DNA from: the human T2T-CHM13v2.0 reference genome, Homo sapiens
Assembly (NCBI RefSeq): GCF_009914755.1
Contig: NC_060925.1
DNA: 64,000 bases
Reading direction: 5' to 3' (one strand)
The translations under genes and the position numbers were made by a program. The notes under the pieces are model-generated. The model saw only the letters and a program-made list of their open reading frames with translations, made no database searches and had not been told where the DNA came from. Positions 38,970 through 52,200 of the stretch are shown here, piece after piece; within the stretch, counting starts at the first letter, position 1, and every line of letters starts with the position of its first letter.

Positions 38970-39830
38970 ATATGTCCTATCTCATGCTGTAATCCAATCC
39001 TGGGGCTTTAAAATACATATATATGATGCTAACTCCAAAATATGTATCTCACGTTGCACATTTCCCATGAGCTTCAGACATAGATTTAATTGTCCACTAG
39101 ATATCTTTACTTGGATGTCTAATGGGCATCTCAAACCTGGTATGTCCAAAACAGAATTCTTGACTGTCTTTCTTCAGTGGTACTAACCAGTCACTGAATC
39201 TAGAAACCTAGTAGTCATCCTTGGATCTTCTCTTTCTGTCATATCCTACCTTAAATTTACAAGCAAGTTTGTTTGATACACTCTCGGAAATATATCTTAA
39301 ATCCAGTCACTATTCAGCTCTCCACCTCCAGCCCTCACTAGCTCTCCCCTAGACCACTGCAGATACCTCTTTACTGGTCTCCTTTAAACCACCATTTTCT
39401 TTCTTCTGGGCCACTGTAGCAGCCTCTCTACAGCCTCTCTGCCCAAAGTCCTCCTTATCTTTCTCCTGGACCACTTCAGCACCTCTTTATTGACCTTTTG
39501 TCTTCAATCTTGCTTTTTCCCCTTCACTGCGCAATTCAGTCTATTCTATTCCTAGCAGCCAAAGTGATGTTTTAAACATAAGTCAGATTCCCATCACTTT
39601 GCTTGTTGTACATCTTCTAGTGGCTTTACATTAAAAATTCAAGGCAAAATCCAAAGTCCTTACTGCAGACTTCCAAGTTCTACCTCTCATCCAACTTGTA
39701 GCTGTTTCACAGATCTCTTTCTTACCACTTGCCCACTCTGTTACACCAGCAATCTTGAAACATAGATATGAAACACAGCCTAGCACATATTGAAGTGATT
39801 AATAGACATCTATTAACTAAATCCTGTTTC
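38970..39830 (+). mobile_element. L2 LINE fragment
   Basis: ATATATGATGCTAACTCCAAAAT…ACTTGGATGTCTAATGGGCATCTCAAAC…TAGTCATCCTTGG. Confidence 0.7.
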
Positions 39831-40000
39831 TTTAGGGTCTGCACAGGGCCTAGCACATCATATTTGGCAAAAATATTTATTAAACCCAAACAAACATGAA
39901 TATTAAATGGTATGTGAATAAGAATACATTTGGAGCCAGCCAGACTCAAGGTTACAAAGCCACTTTTAAAGTCCTACTCAAGGATGGTAGACAGTCAAGG

Positions 40001-40378
40001 TGTATTAATCCATTTTCACACTGCTACAAAGAAATACCTGAAACTGGGTAATTCATAAAGGAAAGAGATTTAATTGACTCACCATGCCACATGCCTGGGG
40101 AGGCCTCAGGAAACTTACAATCATGATGGAAGGGGAAGCAGGCATGTCTTACATGGCAGCAGGTGAGAGAGAGAGACTGTGTGAAGGAGGAACACTATGA
40201 AACCATCAGTTCTCGTGAGAACTCACTCACTATCATGAGAACAGCATGGGAGAAACCACCCCCATGATCCAATCACCTCCCTCTCTTGACACGTGGGGAT
40301 TACAGGTCCCTCCCTTGACACATGGGGATTACAATTTGAGATGAGATTTGGGTAGGGACACAGAGCCAAACCATATCA
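40001..40378 (-). mobile_element. THE1 (THE1D-like) solo LTR
   Basis: TGTATTAATCCATTTTCACACTGCT…GAGCCAAACCATATCA; no internal sequence adjacent; TSD not clearly preserved. Confidence 0.88.
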
Positions 40379-40919
40379 CTGGGTAAGTGGGCTTACTCTG
40401 AAATCCTAACACTTGTAGTGTAGGCACTACTGGAGAATCCTACCCAGGTAAAAATGGTGGAATTGAGTCTTGAACTATGAGAGAGGGAATGAATCTCCAT
40501 TATCTAGTCTGATTTTTCATTTTTGTTCTCATAATCAGCATCCTTGCCAAGTAGCACCCACCTTGGGCTTAAACTTCTTCAGTACCTGAAAAGTCACTGA
40601 CACATTTGCCAAAGTTTTTCCTGCTTTATCAATTCCCCCAAATTATTTCTTTTCCTTTGACAAAACCAGTGCTAAGACATTTAGAAAAAAGAAGGGAAGA
40701 GAAGGTATTTTCTGAGCATCTATTGTATGCCAGTAACTGTGTTAATTGCTTTACCCAACTTAGCGTATTTAATATTCTTAACTACCTGAAAATCCCCAAT
40801 TAAAGTCTAGAGAGATGATAGGACTTGCCTAAATCTTAATTTGAACAGAGGAAATTTCTCAATTTTGTGTGAAAAACAACCAACAAAAACACAACAAAAC
40901 AAACAGAATACCACATAAA

Positions 40920-41385
40920 TGTTAATAGAGTCCCAACAGGAAACTAGATGGCTCACACAAAGTAGTTAATGTTCAAGGAGAGTACAAAGCTGAACTATTT
41001 TCAAAGGTGTAAGCAGAGTAGAAGAACTTGAAGCAACAATATGGTACCCAGAGGTTAGAGAACACCTGGAAGCATAAAGAGAAAAGGGAAAGAGGGGCTA
41101 CCAGGCTCTATAAGCTGAGGCGTCACTTTATATTAATAGCAACTATGACTTTCAACCAAAGGACATAGCCAGCCCTCACTGATCCCCAGTGAGGGAAATG
41201 AAGAAATGAATACCCCAACTTTGTTTCTCCTCCCTTTGATTTTTTGGAGGTACCCCTGATTGGCTGAAATCACAGGTCAAGGCAGTCTATGGATGTGCTC
41301 CATACAGGTCAGCCTTGGGGCAGGTGGAAGATAGAGATAATGAAAAAAGTTAGAGAGAGGAATAGGAGAGACAATGGAATATATG
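40920..41385 (-). mobile_element. Old ERVL LTR (LTR67B-like)
   Basis: GAGTCCCAACAGGAAACTAGATGG…TTGGCTGAA…CCATACAGGTCAGCC motifs; diverged. Confidence 0.45.
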
Positions 41386-42009
41386 CTCCTTACCCACTTG
41401 AAGTTCATGGAAAGCTTTAAATAAACTAGAATTTGGATTACATTTCTTTGTCTAAATTGCCATATTGTATGTTTTAATCTGCCAATTCTTGTTTTGTTCA
41501 CCGTAATACTTGAAACAAAAGATTCTCTTTAAATGATTATTATTTTGAAATTACAGTCCAATTTAATAAAAATTATGTGGTTTTTCATATCAACTTTTCT
41601 GAAAATTCCTTTTTGGTATTTTGTGAACATCCCATAGTTCTTCCAGAGCATTTATATATAGCCTTTTTAAATTGTTTCTCTAAAACAATTAGAATTTCAT
41701 TATTATATTTGAAATTTTAATACAGTCATTATAATGTCAAAGGAAACTTCTCTGAGACACATTCATATTTTCATATTAATAGAAGTGCTGTTATAATGTT
41801 AATAGAAAAATGGGTTTAATCAATTATTTAATTCATTCATTAACTACATACTACCCCAAAACTCAAGGGAATATAAAACAAACAGCTCATTTGAACAACA
41901 AAAAAGGATTGTGCTTTGGAAACATTCAAGGTATATTCAGTAACTTTAAATAACTGTAATCTAGATTGACTAATTCCATAAAAATAGAAAGAGCATCCCA
42001 TATAAAAAT

Positions 42010-42235
42010 GACTCAGCTCCTGGAGTCAGACATACAAGGGATAAAGTCCCAGCTCTACAGTTTCCTAGCTGTTTCATTTTGCAGTCTTAAAGTCTCTGAG
42101 CCTCAGTTTCTTTGTCTACAGAATGGGTGAATTGATTTGAATCTCATAGGATTGTTTGAGAATTGTGGTAATTAAAATATGTAAGAATTCTACTACAGTG
42201 CTTGACACATTGAAGATGCTCAGGAAATAGGAGGT
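42010..42235 (+). mobile_element. MIR SINE
   Basis: TGGAGTCAGAC…TCTCTGAGCCTCAGTTTCTTTGTCTACAGAATGGG. Confidence 0.75.
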
Positions 42236-43049
42236 AATGTCTGTTCATTTTTATTCTCAAATAGGGCTTATAAGAGATATCCTTGCCTCTCTTTCTACTT
42301 AAGGATATCTTTTACATCATCTCTCACTCCAGAGCCTGAAAGTAGCCAAAGGCAAGAAGTCCTCTGCTTCTTCCCCTATGGGCTCTGCCCCATCATTCTT
42401 TATTCTTTAAGAAAAAGGCACTCACCAAGCCAAAGTTCCCCATCCCCCAAATGTGTTTTTCCAAGTCTTAGCATAGTAAAGGAAAAAGCCAAAGTTTTTT
42501 TATACCTCCAATAGAAAAGAAACCATTCCCAATTCTGTTGCACTCTAAGACCCAAGACAGGGTCAGAGGAGCTAGAGATAGGAAACTTGAAAATGTCAAT
42601 CCATGAAGAGTAATGACCTTTTCCACGTGTTTGGCACAGTCCTTCCCTAAGGAAGTTGGCATTTAAAAAGAAGGCTGGATTTAGGAGCAACAGTAGATAT
42701 CATTGCTCCAATTTCAAAAGGTAGAAAACAAGATCAATGTCAAACCAGATTTTGATTAAGAGGAGGGCCACCAAAGCAGATGCCAAGGATGTTAATCTCT
42801 AAGATGTGTTCAACATAAATGAAAGTATAATGAGATGATGATAAAAACTGCATGTAATGGAACTATCCACTATATGTACTTAGAAGTAATGCCTTATAAA
42901 CTGCTGGGGTAGATGTGATGTAGGAGAGAAGACACCCATTCCTAAGTTACAACAAATTTTTACTAATTGGATAGAGAAAAAAGGCAAGCCCTTAGTCTCA
43001 GGCTTTCATTTTGCTGAGAGGATTTTACAAATTTGGGGCCAATGCTGAG

Positions 43050-45393
43050 TGTATCAGTCCATTCTAATGCTGCTAATAAAGACATACCCAAGACTGGGTA
43101 ACTTATAAAAGAAAGAGGTTTAATGGACTCACCGTTCCACATGGCTGGGAAGGCCTCACAATCATGGTGAAAGGTGAAGAAGGGGCAAAGCCACATTTCA
43201 CATGTGGCAGGCAAGAGAGCTTGTACTGGGGAACTCCCATGTATTAAACCATCAGATCTCATGAGACTTTTTCACTACTGTAAGAACAGTAAGGGGAAAA
43301 CTGCTACCATGATTCAATTATCTCCACCTGGCCCTGCCCTGGACATGTGGGTATTATTACAATTTAAGGTGAGATTTGGGTGGGGACAGAGCCAAATCAT
43401 ATCATTCTGCCCATGGCCTCTCCCAAATCTCATGCCCTCACATTTCAAAACCAATCATGCCTTCCAAACAGTCCCCCAAAGTCTTAACTCATTTCAACAC
43501 TAACTTAAAAGTCCATAGTCCAACATCTCATCTGAAACAAGGCAAGTCCCTTCCACCTATGAGCCTGTAAAATCAAAAGCAAGTTAGTTACTTCCTAGAT
43601 ACAATGGAGGTACAGGCATTGGGTAAATATATCCATTTTAAATGGGAGAAATTGGCCAAAACAAAGAGGCTGCAGGCCCCATGCAAGTTTGAAATCCAGC
43701 AGGGCAGTGAAATCTTAAAGCTCCAAAAAGATTTCATTTGACCCCATGTCTCACATTCAGGTCATGCTGATGCAAGAGGTGGATTCTCATGGTCTTGGGC
43801 AGCTCTGCCCCTGTGGCTTTGTAGTGTACAGCCACCCTCCTGGCTGCTTTCATGGGCTGGTGTTGAGTGTCTACAGCTTTTCCAGGAGCATAGTGCAAGC
43901 TGTTGGTGGATCTACCATTCTGGGGTCTGGAGGATGGTGGCCCTCTTCTCACAGCTCCACTAAGCAGTGTCCCAGTGGGGACTCTGCGTTGGGACTCCAA
44001 CCCCACATTTCTCTTCCTACACTGCCCTAGCAGAGGGTCTCCATGAGGGTCCTGCCCCTGCAGAAAACTTTTGCCTGGACATCCAGGCATTTCCATACAT
44101 CCTGTGAAATCTAGATGGAGGTTCCCAAACCTCAATTCTTGACTTCTGCACACCTGCAGGCTCAACACCACATGGAAGCTGCCAAGGCTTGGGGCTTGCA
44201 CCCTGTGAAGCCAGGGCTGAAGCTGAACCTTGGCCCCTTTTAGCCACAGCTGGAGAGGTTGGGACACAGGGCACCAAGTCCCCAGATAAGAGCGGGGGGC
44301 CCTGGGCCCAGCCCACAAAACCATTTTTTCCTTCTAGGTTCCCAGGCTTGTGATAGGAGGGGCTGCCATGAAGTTTTCCAACATGCTCTGGAGACATTTT
44401 GGCTCCTCGTTATTTATGCAAATTTCTGCAGCTCTATTGAATTTCTCCTCAGAAAATTGGTTTTTCTTTTCTACAGCATCATCAGGCTGCAATTTTTCCT
44501 AACTTTTATGCTGAGCTTTCCTTTTAAACATAAGCTCCAATCCAAATTATACCTTTGTGAATACATAAAACTGAATGCTTTTAAGAGCATCCAAGTCACA
44601 TGCTTTGCTGCTTAGAAGTTTCTTTCGCTAGATACTCTAAATCATCTCTCTCAAGTTCAAAGTTCCAAAGATCTCTAGAGCAAGGGCAAAATGCTGCCAG
44701 TCTCTTTGCTAAAGCATAACAAGAGTCACCTTTGCTCCAGTTCCCAACAAGTTCCTCATCTCCATCTGAGACCACCTCAGCCTGGACCTCATTGTCCATA
44801 TCACTATCAGCATTTTGGCCAAAGCCATTCAGAGTCTCTAGGAAGTTCCAAATTTCCCCACATCTTCCTGTCTTCCGAGCCCTCCAAGTCTCTAGGAAGT
44901 TCCAAACTTTCCCACACTTTCCTATCTTCTGAGCCCTCCAAACTGTTCCAGTCTCTGCCTGTTACCCAGTTCCAAAGTCACTTCCACATTTTCAGGTATC
45001 TTTAGAGCAGCACCCCACTCTACCATTACCAATTTACTGTATTATTTCACTCTCATGGTGCTAATAAAGACAAGCCTGAGACTGAGTCATTTATAAAGGA
45101 AAGAGGTTTAAATAAGTCACAGTTCCACATGGCTGCGGAGTCCTCATGATCATGGCAGAGGGTGAAGGAGGAGCAAAGGTACATCTTACATTACAGCAGG
45201 CAAGAGTGCTTGTTCAGGGGAGCTCCCATTTATAAAACCATCAGATCTCATGAGACTTACTGACTACCATGAGAACAGTATGGGAGAAACCACCCCCATG
45301 ATTCAATTAACTCCACCTGGCCCTGCCCTTGACACATGGGGATTATGACAATTCAAGGTGAGATTTGGTTGGGGACAGAGCCAAACCATATCA
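43050..45393 (-). mobile_element. Complete THE1 (THE1C-like) MaLR provirus: LTRs 43050-43404 and 45038-45393
   Basis: Two similar LTRs flank THE1-int; perfect 5-bp TSD CTGAG at 43045-43049 and 45394-45398. Confidence 0.93.
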
Positions 45394-45682
45394 CTGAGTT
45401 TTTCAAGATAACAGAGCAGAAACCATGTCTGGTAACCTGGGATCTTCCTTTTGGCCTCTTCCCTCCTGCAGCATTCAGACTCTTCTCTAGACCAAACTAT
45501 TGACAAAAATATGTTAAAAAACATCAGATTAGAGGGGTTCCAAATCAATGATTGGCTTGAGACAGCCACACGCCTTGGTCTGAGCTTATCAGCAATTAAG
45601 TGATGGGTCTGAGACCGTCATGTTGTCCTTTTTGACTCCAAATTCTAAGTTCTCTTCACTTACCTACTGTGAATTTCAAGGT

Positions 45683-45989
45683 GTGATGGTTTAATTTTGT
45701 TGTTGTTGTTGTTAATTTGACTGAGCCAAGGGATGCTGACAGCTAGTGAAACATTATTTCTGGGTGTATTTGTCAGGGTATTTTCATAAGAGATTAGCAT
45801 TTGAATTGGTAGACTGAGTAAAAAAAAATAACCTACGCAGGTGGACATCATGGCATCTGCTGAGGATGTAAATAAAACAAAAAAGCAGGAGAGCAAATTT
45901 GCTGTCTCTGCCTGAGCTGAAACATCCATCTCCTCCTGCCTTGGACATTGACATTCCTGGTTCTTAGCTCTCGGATTTAGACTGGGACT

Positions 45990-46036
<47 letters not shown>

Positions 46037-46230
46037 TCTCTTGCCCCAATTCTCAGGCCTTTGGACTTACACTGGGATTTATACACTTGGCTCCCCTGGT
46101 TCTCAGGCCTTTTGTGTTGGACTGAATTACATCGCCAACTTTCTTGGTTCTCTAGCTTGCAGGTAGCAGCTTGTGGGACTTCTTGGACTTCACAATCATA
46201 TGAGCCAATTACTATAAAAATATCTATCTA
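45683..46230 (+). mobile_element. MLT2 (MLT2D-like) ERVL LTR, 5' part; resumes at ~52937-52987 after an L1 insertion
   Basis: TGTGATGGTTTAATTTT…GAGATTAGCATTTGAATTGGTAGACTGAGT…GAGCCAATT; the terminal ATCCTATTGGTCTGTTTCTCTGGAGAACTCTGACTACTACA is found only after the L1. Confidence 0.82.
45991..46035. repeat. (TCA)15 perfect trinucleotide microsatellite
   Basis: 15 uninterrupted TCA units inside the MLT2 LTR. Confidence 0.95.
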
Positions 46231-49200
46231 GGAGTTGGGTCAAGATGGTGGACTACAAGCAGCTCATGTGTGCTGTTCTCATGGAGAGGAAACAAAAGGG
46301 CTAGTGAACATTGACTCTGCAGGGCAATCATCGAGAAACCATGTCAGGATCCATCAAGCAGCAGTGGGGCATAGAGAGCAGAGAATAGCGAATCTGGTTA
46401 CCAGACTGTCTGGGCTCAGTGCTGAGGCAGAAAAAGTTATCCAACAGAAGAAAGGGTGAGTAAGTGAGGGTCCCCTGGGGGATTCATACTCTCCAAAGGG
46501 ACCTATGCAAGACTAAAAATGGGAGACCCTCTCTAGCTCCCCTGTTTCCCCCTACCACACTTCTATACTGAGGCAGAGAGCCACCTGGACATTTTGTGGG
46601 GGCAACTCTTGAGTCCAAGGGGACCGCTACATGTTTTGGGCCCCAGAGCAGATCAGCGTTGGTGTCATCACCCCAGTAGAGGCTGCAGTCATAGTAAGAT
46701 TGGAGCAAGATTGCTCCACCCCTTTGTTAGACAAGGTTTGGTGCCAGCCTCCAGCCCCGTGGTCTCATTTCTATCTGAACTCAGGCAGTGGCTGCAGACT
46801 CCTATTGTCCTGGGAAGCACCTAGACAAGGCAGGTGACCACCCCCTACCCCAACCACTGGTAGCCAGGTGGCGATAGGCAATACCTGCTAGAGCTTCTAG
46901 CCCACTGGTCCTACTTCTATGTGAATTCAGCCAGTGGTCTGAGCCTCTCATTGCCCTGAGAAATAGTCAGACAATAGGGTAGGCAACCTTGCCCATTCCC
47001 ATTGCTAGTAGCCAGACTGGCAACACCTGCTACAGCTTCCAGTCCAGCGGTCTTACTTCTGGCTGGACTCAGCTGGCAGCTGCAGCCTCCTTTTTTCCCA
47101 GGAAAGCAGGGGTGGGGGTGACCTCACCCACCCCTGCTGCTGGTAGCCAGGTGGGCAATGTCTTCTAGAACTTCCAGCTCAGTGGCCCCACTTCTGTGTA
47201 AACTCAGCTGAAGTTTACAGCCTCCCGTTGTCCTAGGAAACAACTGGACAACAGAGCAGACAACCCCACCCATCCTGCCACTGGTATCCAGGCAAGCTAC
47301 ATCTGCTAGAGCTTCCACCCAAGCAGTCCTACTTCTGCTTGAATTTGCCAAGGGGCGCAGGCTCCCATTGCTGCAGAAACACCTAGACAGCAGAGTGGGC
47401 AACTCCACTCACCCTTGCCTCTTGTAGCCAGATGGGCCACACCTGCTAGAGCTTCCAGCCCAGTGGTCCTGCCTCTGCCTGAACTCTGTGGGAAGGCACA
47501 TCCCCGTATTCCCCCAGGAAGAACTCAGACAGCAGATTAGGGCTGACCCAGCAAAGATGCAGCCTGCCTGCCAACTGTAGCCCCTGCCTGAGGGAGCCCC
47601 ATGGACCAGAGCACCCAAACAAAGAAATGCAAGCATGAAGACAGTAATTAGTGGAATCTCCTTCAAGGCTCAGGAGTGGTCTAGAATTAAGGCCAATCAA
47701 CTGAACCCCACCTTATACCACAATCAAATTACCAAATCACCAAGGGCATAAGAGAAGGTAAAAGAAAAAAAAAAAGCCAAAAACCCACCCACCACCACCA
47801 ACAAAAAAACACACCCAAAGAACAGCAACTTCAAATACTGAGGGAACATCAGCCCACACAGATGAGAAAGAACTAGTGCAAGAGCTCTGACAAGTCAAAG
47901 AGCCAGAGTGTCTTCTTACCTCCCAACAACTGCACTAGTTCTCCAGCAATGGTTCTTAACGAGGCTGAAATGGTTGAAATGTCAGAAATAGAATTCAGAA
48001 TATGGATAGGAATGAAGATCATCAACATTAAAGAGAAAGTTGAAACCCAATCCAAAATATCTAAGGACTACAATAAAATGACATAATAGATAAAAGATGA
48101 AATGGTCATTTTAAGAAAGAACTAAAGTGAACTCATAAAGCTGAAAAACTCACTTCAGAATTTCATAATACAATTGCATGTACTAGCAGAAATGACCATG
48201 CTGAGGAAAGAATCTTAGAGCTCAAAGACTGGCTCTCCAAAATAACTCAGTCAGACAAAATTGAGAAAAATCAATAAAGAAGAATGAACAAAACATCTTA
48301 GAAATATATGATTACATAAAGAGACAAATCTTTAACTCACTGACATATCCAAAAGAGAGGGAGAAAAATCAAGTAACTTGGAAAACATATTTGAGGATAT
48401 CACTCACAAAAATTTCCCTAACCTCACTAGGCAGGCCAACATTCAAATCCAGGAAATACAGAAAACCCTTGTGATATACTATACAAGATGACCATCCCCA
48501 AGACACATAGTCATCAGATTCTACAAGGTCACAATGAAAGAAGAAATGTTAAAGGCAGCTAGAGAGAAGGGGCAGGTCACCTAGAAAGGGAACCTCACCA
48601 GGCTAACAGAGGACCTTTCGGCAAAAACCATACAAGCCAGAAGAGACTGAGGGTCTCTATTCAACATTCTTAAAGAAAATAAATTCTACTTAAGAGTTTT
48701 ATATCCAGCCAAACTCAGCTTCATAATGGAAAAATAAGGTCTTTTTCTGATAGGCAAATAGTAACACAATTGATTACCATCCAATTTGCCTTACAAGAGG
48801 TCCTTAAGGGAGTGCTAAATATGGAAAGGAAAGATTGTTCCTGGCCACCACAAAAACACACTTAAGTATATAGAGTATTGACACTATAAAGCAACCACAC
48901 AATCAAGTATTCACAATAACTAGCTAACAATATGATGACAGGATAAAACCTGCACATATCAATATTAACCTTGAATGTAAATGAGCTAAATACCTCAATT
49001 AAAAGGCACAGAGTTGCGAGTTGCATAACGAATGCCCAACCGTATGCTGTCTTAAAAGCAAAACAAAACAAAAAACCTATCTCATATGCAATAACACCCA
49101 TAGCCTAAAAGTAAAAGGATGAAGGAAAATCTATCAAGCAAACAGAAAACAGAAAAAAGCAGGAGGTGCTATTCTAATTTTGGGCCAAAAAAGAAAGGAT

Positions 49201-52200
49201 TTTAAACCAACAATGAGTAAAAAAGACAAAGAAGGGCATTACATAGTGGTAAAAAATTGAATTCAACAAGAAGTTCTAGCTATACTAAAAATATGTACAC
49301 CCAACACAGGAGTACCCTGATTCATAAAGCAAGTTCTTAGAGACCTACAAAGAGACTTAGCTAATCATACAATAATAGTAGGAGATGTCAACATCCCATT
49401 GACAGTATTAGACAGATCATCAAGGCAGAAAATGAACAAAGATATTCAGGACCTGAACTGAACATTTGACTAAATGGGCCTAACAGACACCTACAGAACT
49501 TTCCAACCAAAACAACAGAATACACATTCTTTTCACATATCTCATGGCACATATTCTAAAATTGACCTCACAATTTGGCATAAAATAATCCTCAGCAAAT
49601 TAAAAAAAATCAAAATCATACCAAACACAGTCTCGAATATCAGCACAATAAAAATAGAAATCAATACTAAAAAAGTTTCTCAAAACCATACAATTACATA
49701 AAAATTAAACAACCTGCTCTTGATTGACTTTTGGGTAAACAATGAAACTAAGACAGAAATCAAGAAATTCTTGGAAACTAATGAGTGCTAAGACACAACA
49801 TCTCAGAATCTCTGGGACACAGCTAAAACAGTGTTAAGAGAGAAGTTTATAGCACCAAATGCCCACATCAAAAAGTTAGAAAGATCTCAAGTTAACCACC
49901 TAATATCACCTCTAGAGGAACTAAAGAAACAAGAGAAAACCAAACCTGAAGCAAGCAGAAGACAAGAAATCACCAAATTCAGAGCTGAACTGAAAGAAAT
50001 TGAGATGGGAAAAAAAAACATTCAAAAGATCAATGGATACAGGAGTTGGTATGTTGAAAGAAGAAATAAGATTGATAGACTGCTAGCTAGACTAATAAAG
50101 AAAAAAGATATCCAACTAAATTCAATCAGAAATGACAAAGGAAACATTACCACTGACCTTACAGAAATACAAAAAACCTCAGAAACTACTATGAACTCCT
50201 CTGTGCACACAAGCTAGAACATCTGCAATAAATGATTACATTTCTTGAAATGTCTATACAAGACTGAACAAGGAAGAAGCTGAATCTCTGAACAGAACAA
50301 TAATAAGTTCTGAAATTGAATCAGTAATAAAAAGTCTACCAACCAGAAAAAGCCTAGGACCAGATGGAAGCACAGCCAAATTCTACCAGATGTATAAAGA
50401 AAAACTGGTACAATTCCTACTGAAACTATTCCAAAAAATTGGGGAGGAAGGACTCCTATCTAACTCATTCTATGAGGCCAGCATCATCCTGGCCACCAAA
50501 ACTTGGCAGAGACACACACACACAAAATAAAACTTCAGGCCAGTATCCTTGATGAACACTGATGCAAAAATCCTCAGCAAAATACTAGCAAACCAAGACC
50601 AGCAGCACATCAAAAAGCTAATATGCCATGATCAAGCAGGCTTTATCCCTAGGATGCAAGGTTGGTTCAACATTGCAAATCAATTAATATGATTCACCAT
50701 GTGAACAGGAGTCAAAAACTACATCGTCTCAATAGATGCAGAAAAAGCTTTTGATAAAAATCAGCATGGCTTCATGTTAAAAATCCTCAACAAAATAGGC
50801 ACTGAAGGAACATACCTCAAAATAATGACATCCATCTATGACAAACCTACAGCCAACATACTGAATGGGTAAAAGCTGGAAGCATTCTCTTTGAGAACTG
50901 GAACAAGATAAGAATGCTCACTCTCACCACTCCTATTCGATATAATACTAGAAGTCCTAGCCAGAGCAATCAGGCAAGAGAACAAAATAAAAGGCATCCA
51001 AATAGAAAGAGAGGAAGTCAGACTATCCCCGTTTGCAGACTATATAATTCTATACCTAGAAAACCCCATAATCTCTTTCCAAAAGCTCCTAGATCTGACA
51101 AACAACTTTAGCAAAGTTTCGGGATGCAAAATCAATGTACAATAATCAGTAGCATTTCTGTACACCAACAATGTCCAAGCTGAGAACCAAATCAAGAATG
51201 CAATCCCATTCACAATAGCCACAAAAGAATAAAATACCTAGGAATATAGCTAACCCAGGAGATGAAAGACCTCTGCAATGAGAATTACAAAACACTGCTC
51301 AAAGAAATCAGAGATGATGCAAACAAATAGATAAATATTCCATGCTCATGGATAGGAAGATTCAATATTGTTAAAGTGACCATACTGCCCAAAGCAATAT
51401 ATAGATTCGATGCTATTCCTATCAAACTACCAATGACACTCTTTGCAGAATTAGAAAAAAACTATTTTAAAATTCATGTAGAGTCAAAAAAGAGCTCAAA
51501 TAGCCAAGGCAATCCTAAGCAAAAGGAACAAAGCTGGAGGCATCACGTTACCTGACTTCAAACTATATTACAAGGCCAAAGTAAGCAAAACAGCATGGTA
51601 CTGGTATAAAAATATACACATAGACCAATGGAACAGAATAGAGAGCCCAGAAATAAAGCTGCACACTCACAACCATCTGATGTTTGACAAAGTTTACAAA
51701 AGCAAACAACGGGAAAAGGACCCCCATTCAGTTAGTGGTGCTGGGATTACTGACTAGCCATATGCAGAAGATTGAAGCTGGACCTCTTCCTTACACCATA
51801 TACAAAAATAAACTCAAGATGGATTAAAAACTTCAATGTAAAACTTAAACTATAAAAATTCTAGAAGACAACCTAGGAAATATCATTCTGGACCTAGGCC
51901 CTGGAAAAGATTTCATGACAAAAATGCCAAAAGCAATTATGACAAAAACAAAAATTGACAAATGGGAACAAATTAAAGAGGTTCTGCATAGCAAAGAAAA
52001 CTCAACAAAGCAACCAGACAACCTATAGAATGGGAGGAAATATTTGCAAACTATGCATCCAACAAAGATCTGACATCCAGAGTCTATAAGGAGCTTAAAC
52101 ATATTAACAAACAAAAAACAACCATATTGAAAAATTGGGCAAAGGACATGAAGAAGCATACAAAAAATGCTGAACATCACTAATCATTAGAGAAAGGCAA

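Noticed and set aside
43734-44397. 196-aa and 126-aa ORFs, and similar ORFs at 19823-20440
   Set aside because: Chance open frames in GC-richer THE1 internal sequence; they resemble each other only because both are THE1-int.
44832-44941. ~54-bp tandem duplication in THE1-int
   Set aside because: As I recall it is a subfamily feature of THE1C-type internal sequence rather than locus-specific; confirm with Dfam.
45658-45668. Minus-strand TAG|GTAAGT as a possible recursive splice site
   Set aside because: The donor consensus is perfect, but there is no polypyrimidine tract upstream, so it does not fit a recursive-splicing motif.
46760-47540. Periodic repeats as a CRISPR-like array
   Set aside because: Eukaryotic L1 5' UTR; whole units are homologous, with no unique spacers and no cas genes.
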